Below are positions 48,421 through 56,332 of a stretch of 64,000 bases of DNA, one piece after another. Source of the DNA: Candidatus Shapirobacteria bacterium (GTDB lineage Bacteria; Patescibacteriota; Microgenomatia; 0-14-0-10-38-17); assembly GCA_018052565.1 (NCBI GenBank), contig JAGPNC010000001.1:45512-109511 (forward strand), given 5' to 3'. Within the stretch, counting starts at the first letter, position 1, and the number at the start of each line of letters is the position of its first letter. The notes below the pieces were generated by a model. That model was not told the origin of the DNA. It was given only the letters and a program-made list of their open reading frames with translations, and searched no databases. The position numbers and the translations under genes were made by a program.

Positions 48421-48846
48421 TTAGCCGGTTACCTCTATTCCCATGCTTCGCGCCGTTCCCGCCACAATCTTCTTTGCTTTTTCTAGGTCAGTCGTATTAA
48501 AATCCTCTCTCTTTGCCCGAGCAATTTTCTCTATTTGTGTCGTTGTCAATTTGCCAATAATATTTTTCCCCGCCTCCATTGAACCTTTCTTTATCCCTAT
48601 CTCTTTTTTAATTAAATCCGTCACCGGCGGCAATTTAGTCACAAAATCAAAACTATGATCCTCATAAACAGTGATTACGGCCGGGATAATCATTCCTTTT
48701 CTCTCCGCTGTTTGCGCATTGTATTCTTTCACAAAATCCATAATGGGGACGCCATGTTGCCCTAAAATCGGTCCCACCGGTGGCGCTGGGGTTGCCTCTC
48801 CTGCCGGTAAATTAATTTTAATCTTGGCAATAATTTTTTTAGCCAT
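48421..48846 (-). CDS. rplK: 50S ribosomal protein L11
   Basis: [33 protein letters not shown]. Confidence 0.9.
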   Translation of the reverse strand: MAKKIIAKIKINLPAGEATPAPPVGPILGQHGVPIMDFVKEYNAQTAERKGMIIPAVITVYEDHSFDFVTKLPPVTDLIKKEIGIKKGSMEAGKNIIGKLTTTQIEKIARAKREDFNTTDLEKAKKIVAGTARSMGIEVTG

Positions 48847-48855
48847 TAGAGTTAT

Positions 48856-49455
48856 TTAAACTTTTCTTGCTTGCAAAAAGTCCAATTCTACCGGTGTTTC
48901 CCGGCCAAAAATAGAAACCATCACCTTGAGTTTTCCCTTTTCTTCATCAACTTCGTCAACAGTGCCTAAGAAATCCGCGAAAGGGCCTTCTGTAATTTTT
49001 ACCGCTTCTCCCGGCGAAAATTTTACCTTAAACTTTGGCTTCTCTGTCGCCAAATACTTCTCAATTACCCTCACTTCTTCTTCAGAAACCGGTGTGGGCT
49101 GATTACCGCCAATCCCCACAAAACCAGCCACTCCCCAAGTTTCCCGCGCTACCGCCCACGAAGCATCATCTAAAATCATCTTCACAAAAACATAGCCCGG
49201 AAAAAGAACTTCTTTTTTTGAAAACCGTTTTCCTCCTCTAATTTTTAGCCTTTCCTCTTTTGGAACTAAAATCTCCCAAAACTTATCCTCTTGCTTAAAC
49301 GATTTAATCCTTTGCAAAAGCATTTTAACCACCTTGTCTTCCTGGCCAGAATAAGTATGAACAATATACCACTGGGCTTGGGGGTTTTGGTCTTCCCTTA
49401 GAATCCAATAATTTTCATCTCCGTTCTTTTTCTTTGTTTTTTTAATTTTAGTCAT
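48856..49455 (-). CDS. nusG: Transcription termination/antitermination factor NusG
   Basis: NGN domain WYIVHTYSGQEDKV. KOW motif GEAVKITEGPFADFLGTVDEVD. Confidence 0.9.
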   Translation of the reverse strand: MTKIKKTKKKNGDENYWILREDQNPQAQWYIVHTYSGQEDKVVKMLLQRIKSFKQEDKFWEILVPKEERLKIRGGKRFSKKEVLFPGYVFVKMILDDASWAVARETWGVAGFVGIGGNQPTPVSEEEVRVIEKYLATEKPKFKVKFSPGEAVKITEGPFADFLGTVDEVDEEKGKLKVMVSIFGRETPVELDFLQARKV

Positions 49456-49480
49456 CGCGCAAAATTATAAAATGATAAAA

Positions 49481-49660
49481 TCATAAAATTAAATTAATAA
49501 ACTGATTAAATAAGAAATCAATACCCGCAAAAAATAATCCTAAACCAAGGCAGACGCTTATTACTAAAAGAGTCAAATAAATCACTTCCTCTCGCGCTGG
49601 CCAAGTCACTCTCTTTAACTCCCCCCCTGCCTCTTTAATAAACTTATCTATCTTGCTCAT
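49481..49660 (-). CDS. secE: Preprotein translocase subunit SecE (not in the ORF track because it is under 60 aa)
   Basis: Reverse-strand translation MSKIDKFIKEAGGELKRVTWPAREEVIYLTLLVISVCLGLGLFFAGIDFLFNQFINLIL. Conserved VTWP motif plus a single TM. Immediately upstream of nusG. Confidence 0.8.
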   Translation of the reverse strand: MSKIDKFIKEAGGELKRVTWPAREEVIYLTLLVISVCLGLGLFFAGIDFLFNQFINLIL

Positions 49661-49697
49661 GGCTTTATTTTACCATAAGAAACCCTCCTGTCGCTTA

Positions 49698-50090
49698 TTA
49701 CTTTAATTCTACTTTCGCTCCCGCCGCCTCCAGTTTCTTTTTTGCTTCCTCCGCCTCTTCTTTCTTTACCTCTTTCAAAATTTCTGCGGGTGCGCCTTCA
49801 ACTAAATCTTTAGCTTCCTTAAGCCCCAACGCCTGGTTGACTTCTCTTACCGACTTAATAACGGCAATTTTATTTGCTCCCGCATCGGTTAAAACCAAAT
49901 TATATGAAGACTTTTCTTCCTGAGGCTCTTCTGTGGAGACGCTTGCTGCAGGAGTAGCCATCACCGTAGGTGAAACGCCAAATTTTTCCTCTAAGGCCTT
50001 CACCAGTTCCGCCAATTCTAATACTGAAAGCTTAGAAATTGACTCAATAATTGCTTCTACTGATTGAGAATTTTTCTTTTCTTCCATCAA
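49698..50090 (-). CDS. rplL: 50S ribosomal protein L7/L12
   Basis: N-terminal dimerisation helix, flexible hinge, C-terminal domain ...[12 protein letters not shown]...[20 protein letters not shown]. Confidence 0.9.
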   Translation of the reverse strand: MMEEKKNSQSVEAIIESISKLSVLELAELVKALEEKFGVSPTVMATPAASVSTEEPQEEKSSYNLVLTDAGANKIAVIKSVREVNQALGLKEAKDLVEGAPAEILKEVKKEEAEEAKKKLEAAGAKVELK

Positions 50091-50647
50091 TTTTCACCTC
50101 CCTTAATTTCTTCCTTTCGATTAATTTCTTTGAGAACAAGAATAAAATCGCCAAGCAACTTCGATAAAACTAATTGCATTTTTACCAACGGGCCTTCTAT
50201 CCCTAAAATTGTTTTACCGATCAACTCTTCAAAAGTGGGGAGATTAGCTAATCTCCCCACCTCTTCTCCTTTTAAAACTAATGGCTCCTCTTTGCTTAAA
50301 AGCGCCCCTCCCTTAAAATTTGCCCCTACTCCTTCTCCTCTTAAAGCCTCAGAAACTTTCTTCAGTGCCTCAATTTCTTTTTCATGACCAAAAATACATG
50401 CCGTTGGACCCGTCAGGGATCTCTCCTCGCCCAACTTAATTCCCCGCTCTGCTAAAGCTCTGTTTAAAAGGCTATTTTTGACTACCAAAAAATCTCCTCC
50501 TGAATTTTTTGCTTCCCGGCGTAACCTGTTCATTAAACCAGCCTTAACCCCATTAAAATCAACTAAGAAAAAACTCTTCGCCTCCTCTATTTTTCTTCCC
50601 AAATCTTCCACCTGGCGAACTTTATTTTGATTAACCATTTTCTCCAT
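50087..50647 (-). CDS. rplJ: 50S ribosomal protein L10
   Basis: [35 protein letters not shown]. Precedes rplL. Confidence 0.9.
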   Translation of the reverse strand: MEKMVNQNKVRQVEDLGRKIEEAKSFFLVDFNGVKAGLMNRLRREAKNSGGDFLVVKNSLLNRALAERGIKLGEERSLTGPTACIFGHEKEIEALKKVSEALRGEGVGANFKGGALLSKEEPLVLKGEEVGRLANLPTFEELIGKTILGIEGPLVKMQLVLSKLLGDFILVLKEINRKEEIKGGEN

Positions 50648-50800
50648 AAAAAAACACCTCTTGCCGAGGTGTCTTATCTAAGCTTCAATAAAGCTTAAAG
50701 CTCTCGCCTCGGCAGGAAATTAAGCTTTCTGTCTCAAAGCACCTGCTGTCTTCGGTCTCTCTTATCTTCCTTAGTTTTTACCATAAATACCTCTCAATGT
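50648..50800 (-). promoter_or_regulatory. Putative rplJ 5' leader (L10 autoregulatory leader candidate)
   Basis: About 150-nt untranslated leader on the minus strand containing the inverted repeat AGCTTAA...TTAAGCT around CCTGCCGAGGCG. Bacterial rplJ operons usually carry an L10(L12)4-binding leader. Confidence 0.3.
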
Positions 50801-50830
50801 CAATAACTGCCACCTAAACCCTACCATTAT

Positions 50831-50860
50831 TTGACAACTTAACTAATATTTTGATATACT
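50831..50860 (+). promoter_or_regulatory. Sigma70-like promoter candidate for the HTH gene at 50872
   Basis: TTGACA at 50831-50836, an 18-nt spacer, then TATACT at 50855-50860, about 11 nt before the ATG. Confidence 0.35.
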
Positions 50861-50871
50861 CCTGAATACAA

Positions 50872-51114
50872 ATGACAAATAATAACCATCTTTCCCCCCT
50901 AGGCAAACCAAGGCTCTCCCTTGAAAATTTACCTGACCTTCTGACGGTACGGGAAGTAGCAGAAATTTTGCGCGTTTCCCCCCTAACTATCAAGCGCTGG
51001 GGCAAAAGAGGCAAATTACCCGCTATCAGGATTAACGCCCGGGGCGACCGGCGCTATCGTAAAGAACAAGTGCTCTGGCTCTTGGGTATGGAAGAAAAAA
51101 ACAAAAATCTCTAA
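50872..51114 (+). CDS. Excisionase/MerR-like helix-turn-helix DNA-binding protein (HTH_17-like)
   Basis: LLTVREVAEILRVSPLTIKRWGKRGKLPAIRI...RRYRKEQV. 80 aa. Confidence 0.6.
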   Translation: MTNNNHLSPLGKPRLSLENLPDLLTVREVAEILRVSPLTIKRWGKRGKLPAIRINARGDRRYRKEQVLWLLGMEEKNKNL

Positions 51115-51115
51115 T

Positions 51116-52147
51116 TTATTTTAGAGAATGCTGATATAAATCAATATTCTCAAGGGCCACTCCTATCCCCTTAATAACACAAAAAAGGGGATCAGGGGCA
51201 ACAAAGCAAGGTACTCCTGTCTCTTGGGTAATGAAACGATCAAGGTTAGCAAGAAGACTGGTACCCCCGCTGATAACCATTCCCCGATCAATAATATCCC
51301 GAGAAATTTCCGGTGGCGTTTCCTCAAACACCTCCTTAATCCCCTTAACGACCTGATGCAACACAGGCATTATCGCCTCCTTAACTTCACTGCTAGTAAG
51401 ATTAATCAATCGGGGCAAGGCCGTTAAGGAATCTCTCCCCTTAATCTCCATTGTTTTCTCCCCTTTTCCTTCTATCGCGCTACCGATCGTAATTTTAATT
51501 TCCTCTGCCGTTTGCTCGCCCACAATCAGGCCGTAATTTTTCCGCAAGTAAGAAGCAATTGCCTCGTCCAATTTACTCCCCCCCACCCGCAATGACTGAT
51601 GAGCCACAACACCTCCCAAGGCGATAACGGCGATTTCTGCTGCTCCGCCGCCAATATCAACAATCATATTTCCCGAGGCTTCGGCAATAGGCATTTGGCT
51701 GCCGATTGCTGCCGCCAATGGCTCATCAATAAGGTAAACTTTGCGAGCGCCAGCAGAAAGTGCCGCTCCAATCACCGCTCTCCTTTCTACCTGAGTGGCT
51801 CCTGCAGGGATACACACCATTATCTCCGGCTTAAAAAAGTGAGTTCCCAAAGATTTCTTGATAAAATAACGAATAAGTGCTTCGGTAACTCTATAGTTAG
51901 CCACCACCCCTTCTTTCAAGGGTCTTAAAATAGTGATATTTTGAGGGGTTTTGCCTAACATTTTTTTTGCCTCGTGACCAATAGCAATCACCCGATTATC
52001 CTTATAGGTGATGGCTACTACCGTCGGCTCATTTAAAATGATTCCCTTTCCTTTGAGATAAACCAAAGAATTAGCTGTTCCTAAGTCAATCCCCAAAGCG
52101 GGAAAAGAAAATTTTCTGGTAAAAAATTCCGCTACCCCCTTTTTCAT
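51116..52147 (-). CDS. Second MreB/Mbl actin-like paralogue
   Basis: ALGIDLGTANSLVYLKGKGIILNEPTVVAI. DIGGGAAEIAV. Confidence 0.85.
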   Translation of the reverse strand: MKKGVAEFFTRKFSFPALGIDLGTANSLVYLKGKGIILNEPTVVAITYKDNRVIAIGHEAKKMLGKTPQNITILRPLKEGVVANYRVTEALIRYFIKKSLGTHFFKPEIMVCIPAGATQVERRAVIGAALSAGARKVYLIDEPLAAAIGSQMPIAEASGNMIVDIGGGAAEIAVIALGGVVAHQSLRVGGSKLDEAIASYLRKNYGLIVGEQTAEEIKITIGSAIEGKGEKTMEIKGRDSLTALPRLINLTSSEVKEAIMPVLHQVVKGIKEVFEETPPEISRDIIDRGMVISGGTSLLANLDRFITQETGVPCFVAPDPLFCVIKGIGVALENIDLYQHSLK

Positions 52148-52238
52148 ATCAGTTTATATTCTAGTCGTTCTCATTATATAACAATAACCTCACTTCATCC
52201 TGCTTACTTTCCAAGAATCTTTAAATGTATTATAATAA

Positions 52239-52371
52239 GTGGCTGGGACATAATCCCAAGTATTGTTGCAAATTTAACCCAACGCCATCCTGAACCTAAT
52301 ACAGAATCTGTCCTGTTGTCAAAGCGGCGATCCCGACTTTCGTTAGGATGATGAATCATGTCCTATCCGCT
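52239..52371. mobile_element. Small TIR element (MITE-like), copy 1, with 9-bp target-site duplication
   Basis: Left TIR AGTGGCTGGGACATAAT and degenerate right TIR ATCATGTCCTATCCGCT. Flanked by direct repeats TATAATAAG at 52232-52240 and 52372-52380. Confidence 0.6.
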
Positions 52372-52391
52372 ATAATAAGCATAATTTAAAA

Positions 52392-53657
52392 ATGACCCGT
52401 TCTCAAAAAAGAGTCGCCATTAGTCTTTTAACTTTTTTCTTTGTTGTCAGCGGCACAATTTTAATCAGTCTTTTGGCCCGTGGCTATCGTCCTGACTTCC
52501 AAGAAAAAGGGCTTAAGCCTACCGGCTTGCTCGTCGTTAATTCTCTCCCCAAAGGAGCCCAAGTTTTTATTAACGGCCAATTAACCACCGCCACTAATCA
52601 AACTATTAACTTACCGCCCGGAGAATATAGGGTAACTATCAAAAAACCAGGCTATTCTTCTTGGGAAAAAAACATTATTTTGGAAAAGGAAGTGGTCACC
52701 AATATCGACGCTTATCTTTTCCCCCTTGCGCCCGACCTTAAAGCTCTCACCTTTTCTCCCACCTTAAATCCTCTTCTTTCACCAGACGGAACGAAGCTAA
52801 TTTACTTTTCTCCCGGAGGGGAAGAAGATCCCCAAAACCAAAACGCTACTCAAACGGCCCCTCTTCTCCCTCAAGAAAAAGGGGGTGTTTGGCTTATTGA
52901 CTTGACAGAAAAACCTCTTGGCCGCTCTCTCCAGCCGCGGGTTCTAGTCAAAACGCCTAAAGACTTACCCATTGAGCAAATTGAGACTGAATGGTCACCA
53001 GACTCAAGGCAAATTCTTCTTACTATCAACTCAAAAGACGAAAAGAGTAAGCAATATTTTCTTCTCGAAATTAATCAAGTTTACGACTTCACCCTCTCTC
53101 CTCTTATCAGCACTCCAACTGCCCAAGTGATAACTACTCTTGATTTGTGGGAAAAACAAAAAAATCAACAAAATAAAGCTCTTCTAAAAAGATTGCCCGA
53201 AGAAATACAAAAATTTCTTGAAGAAAAAGTTGCCAGCTTTTCCTTCTCTCCCGACGAGAGCAAAGTGCTTTATCAAGCAGGAAGTGATTTCCAAATTAAA
53301 GAAAAACTCTTATCCCAAGAAATTATTGGCGCTTCAACCCAAAAAGAAGAAAGGGCAGTCAAAAAAAATCAATGGTATGTTTATGATCTCAAAGAAGATA
53401 AAAACTTTCTTGTCCTTGATAATAAAGAAGCTACCAAAATTAGCTGGTTTCCCACTTCTCTCCATCTTCTTTTAATAAAAGAGGGCAAAGTAGAAATCGA
53501 AGATTACGATGGCAAGATGCGGACTACCGTTTATGCCGGCCCTTTTGATAATGGATTTGTTTTCCCCCTCCCTTCCGCTAAAGGGTTGCTGATCCTTACT
53601 TCCTTAAATAACAATACCGATTCTGCCCCCAACCTTTATTCTATTAATTTTTATTAA
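52392..53657 (+). CDS. PEGA domain membrane-anchored protein with beta-propeller-like C-terminal repeats
   Basis: N-terminal TM. PEGA motif LPKGAQVFINGQ...LPPGEYRVTIKKPGY. Repeated SPDG/SPDS segments. Confidence 0.55.
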   Translation: MTRSQKRVAISLLTFFFVVSGTILISLLARGYRPDFQEKGLKPTGLLVVNSLPKGAQVFINGQLTTATNQTINLPPGEYRVTIKKPGYSSWEKNIILEKEVVTNIDAYLFPLAPDLKALTFSPTLNPLLSPDGTKLIYFSPGGEEDPQNQNATQTAPLLPQEKGGVWLIDLTEKPLGRSLQPRVLVKTPKDLPIEQIETEWSPDSRQILLTINSKDEKSKQYFLLEINQVYDFTLSPLISTPTAQVITTLDLWEKQKNQQNKALLKRLPEEIQKFLEEKVASFSFSPDESKVLYQAGSDFQIKEKLLSQEIIGASTQKEERAVKKNQWYVYDLKEDKNFLVLDNKEATKISWFPTSLHLLLIKEGKVEIEDYDGKMRTTVYAGPFDNGFVFPLPSAKGLLILTSLNNNTDSAPNLYSINFY

Positions 53658-53744
53658 TTTTTATTGACCGTTCTTTTTCTCCTACTAACCAAGGATTAAT
53701 AAAAATAAGGCGGGGCCAGAAGCAGACCCTCTTGAGAGTGGGAA

Positions 53745-53792
53745 TTTTTAACTTTTTCCGCCAGAGGCGGACCCGCCTTGGGCGGGAAATTT
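53745..53792. repeat. GC-rich hairpin module (CCGCCAGAGGCGG + CCCGCCTTGGGCGGG) flanked by A/T tracts
   Basis: Same module occurs at 17340-17410. Related cores at 61391-61405 and 20538-20560. Confidence 0.6.
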
Positions 53793-53804
53793 TAACTTTT
53801 GACT

Positions 53805-53875
53805 TTTTTAAAGTGCCTCTACCAGGAATTGAACCTGGATCAACCGCTTAGGAGGCGATTGCTCTTTCCGTTGAG
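53805..53875 (-). tRNA. tRNA-Arg (CCT), atypical (6-nt T-loop)
   Basis: Reverse complement folds as acceptor GCCTCTA/TAGAGGC, D-arm, and anticodon stem ATCGC/GCGGT with loop CTCCTAA. The T-arm CCAGG-TTCATT-CCTGG has only 6 loop nt, so it may be a pseudogene or a 1-nt indel. Confidence 0.55.
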
Positions 53876-53945
53876 CTATAGAGGCTAACTTTATTTGAAT
53901 TTTATCATCTTTTAGGCTAAAATAGAAAACAGGAGGCTAAAAATG

Positions 53946-54018
53946 CGGAGCGTGGCCTAATGGCTAAGGCGCCAGCTTCGGGTGCTGGAGATTCCGGGTT
54001 CAAATCCCGGCGCTCCGA
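53946..54018 (+). tRNA. tRNA-Pro (CGG)
   Basis: Acceptor CGGAGCG/CGCTCCG. Anticodon stem CCAGC/GCTGG, loop TTCGGGT. T-arm CCGGGTTCAAATCCCGG. No encoded CCA. Confidence 0.85.
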
Positions 54019-54343
54019 CTGAAAGAGAAAAAAAGCTCTTTGAGTCCGAGGCACTCCATGCACCACCGCTCGCACGAAGCGTCGCAAAGCCCCTTTTATA
54101 TTCTACCGAGAGCTGCCAGATATAAAAGAAGGAAGAAAAACACAAAAATTTTAAAGATCTTTTTATAATAATTGATGGCATACCCGTTGCAACCAGTTAG
54201 GAATCTCTTCCAACTAACGAGTGCGCCATCAAAAAAAGAGATTCGTAAAAACTGGTTGCTAAATAAATATACCAAAGTCTGAAATAACTATTCAAGCCTT
54301 ATTCGCAACATGCCTTTATCCAATTCAAAATTTTAGATATAAT

Positions 54344-55477
54344 GTGAACAATATGATTTATTCAAAACCATCGCTAACAGAAATTAGGACACACCAACTA
54401 AAAGCGCAATCAGTTGACCTTCATACTTACACAAGGGAGGCAAGCCTAAGAAGAATTCCCGATACTCGAATCATAAAAGAAGGAGATAATGAATTCATTG
54501 AGTTTTCATTTAATGGTTTTAAAGTTATAACTGACACTTCCGAAGAAAGTGTCGAGTTTTCCGAAGAAGGAGACCCCCAAAATAAATATTTTCGTATTCG
54601 AAAATTTTTAGTGAATTTTCAAGGAAAAGATGTTGATCTTCTTGATAATGAAGTTGCTAAACTCTGTGATCACTTTATGTCTTTCCGAGTAAGTAGAATT
54701 GGCTCACATTTTAATAGACAGGTAGTGGTTGTTAACAATGAAGGTCAAGAAATTAAAAGACTTAAGAGCAATATCGTAATTTATGTTCCAACAAACGAAG
54801 AGAGGACAGACTACGATGCAGAAGAAATGCTATATCACTGGGTACATGAGTTCGGTCACGCTCTCGATCTGATTGACGTAGTAAGAAGATTCCGCAGGGT
54901 AAGTACTAAAGGAGAAAAGTATGAACGAGTAAGCAACGAAGAATTAAATGATGTCAAAGCAGAAAGAGACGCCCATGCAATTGGATTAAAAATCCTTAGG
55001 TGGATTCGCAGATTATATGGACCACAACCAAGTATTTCCGAAGAACGATATATCAATAACGTGGTCGAACCGGCATTACACTCCCGCCAGTTAGTTAGAA
55101 TGGACTTTCGTTCTGCTTATTCTAATCAAGACCGAGCATTATTCAGAGAAGAAGAAATAGAAATAAGAAAGATGGGTATAGCCGAAGAGGTAGATAGAGA
55201 AAGATTCCAAATAAAATTTAGGCGAGATAAAAATATTTCTTTACTATCAGAAAGACTTGGAGAAAGAGCACAAGAAATGTATGATTCTTTAGTCCAGGCA
55301 TGGGTAGATGAAAATATCGATAAGATGGTAAAATTAAATCAAATTTTTGCTAAAAGCGGCTTAGAAGAACATAAAACAAGAGAAGAATTGATTATGGACT
55401 TAGAGCTTGATTACCACTCGGCAATTTTAAGAAAACACGGAATACCATGGGAACAATTTTCAAGTTTATTAAAATAG
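54344..55477 (+). CDS. Uncharacterised HEXXH zinc-metallopeptidase-like protein (zincin motif HEFGH)
   Basis: YHWVHEFGHALD is the only recognisable motif. AT-rich (about 33% GC) with atypical codon usage. Lies immediately after tRNA-Pro. Confidence 0.5.
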   Translation: MNNMIYSKPSLTEIRTHQLKAQSVDLHTYTREASLRRIPDTRIIKEGDNEFIEFSFNGFKVITDTSEESVEFSEEGDPQNKYFRIRKFLVNFQGKDVDLLDNEVAKLCDHFMSFRVSRIGSHFNRQVVVVNNEGQEIKRLKSNIVIYVPTNEERTDYDAEEMLYHWVHEFGHALDLIDVVRRFRRVSTKGEKYERVSNEELNDVKAERDAHAIGLKILRWIRRLYGPQPSISEERYINNVVEPALHSRQLVRMDFRSAYSNQDRALFREEEIEIRKMGIAEEVDRERFQIKFRRDKNISLLSERLGERAQEMYDSLVQAWVDENIDKMVKLNQIFAKSGLEEHKTREELIMDLELDYHSAILRKHGIPWEQFSSLLK

Positions 55478-55500
55478 TATTTGAATATTGATAATATTGA

Positions 55501-55519
55501 GCGATTGTTCTGCAATCGC
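55501..55519 (+). terminator. Stem-loop GCGATTG-TTCT-GCAATCGC 24 nt after the stop of the HEXXH gene
   Basis: Perfect 7-bp stem. No downstream T-tract, so it is hairpin-only. Confidence 0.3.
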
Positions 55520-55749
55520 AAAATCGCGCGCGCAAAAAATAACGGAGGCGCGGCGGCGGCGCCCGACGCGCCGGAGTTGCGAGCGGAGCGAAGTGAGCCA
55601 ACAACCTTGAAATTTGGTTCTAAATTTTTCGTAAATCTCAAACCGCAACAAATTACCCCCCTTACTTTTCACGTGATGAAACACCTTGCTGGCTTTCGTG
55701 AGAGCCACTTCATATTTCCTCTAGAAGACAGCTTAGAAGGGCAAACAGG

Positions 55750-56298
55750 TTAATAGGAAAAAATCTCTTCCTCTTTAAACCAAAGTTGTTTTTCTAATTT
55801 TGCCTCCTCCTTGCTTCCCGAAGCATGAACTAAATTATGAACAGATCTTTTTTCTCGATTTGACAGGGAAGGCGAATCTAAACCAAAATCCCCCCTGATT
55901 GTCCCCGGTGGCGCCGTTAAGGGATAAGTAGGACCAATAATTTTACGGACGACCTCTATCGCCGCTGGCCCCTCCCAAACCATTGCTAAAATAGGTCCTT
56001 CGGTTAGATACTCTACATTCCATTTTTGAACTAATTCTCCTATCTCACGGTTAGTCAATTTGGAAAATTCCTCTCCCTTGTCTAGGCCTTCCTGCTGATA
56101 AAATTCCTTCACTTTTCGGCCAACATTCTCAAACCACTCATCATTATAACCATAATGTTTTGTCGCCAGCTCGGGTTTCACTACCACCAATTTTGCCGCC
56201 ACCATTTTCAATCCTGCTTTCTCAAAACGAGAAATAATTTCGCCAACTAAGCCGCGCTTCACCCCATCAGGCTTAATTAAAACTAAAGTTTGTTCCAT
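55750..56298 (-). CDS. ndk: Nucleoside diphosphate kinase (with C-terminal extension)
   Basis: LVLIKPDGVKRGLVGEIISRFEKAGLKMVA. NLVHASGS active-site His region. Confidence 0.85.
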   Translation of the reverse strand: MEQTLVLIKPDGVKRGLVGEIISRFEKAGLKMVAAKLVVVKPELATKHYGYNDEWFENVGRKVKEFYQQEGLDKGEEFSKLTNREIGELVQKWNVEYLTEGPILAMVWEGPAAIEVVRKIIGPTYPLTAPPGTIRGDFGLDSPSLSNREKRSVHNLVHASGSKEEAKLEKQLWFKEEEIFSY

Positions 56299-56332
56299 TT
56301 TTTCACCTCCTTCTTGTTATTTATTATTATTT

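Noticed and set aside
55392-55753. Four overlapping 70-90 aa ORFs (both strands) across the GC-rich block
   Set aside because: They are mutually exclusive frames generated by an 80-bp GC-rich stretch lacking stop codons. None has any protein-like features.
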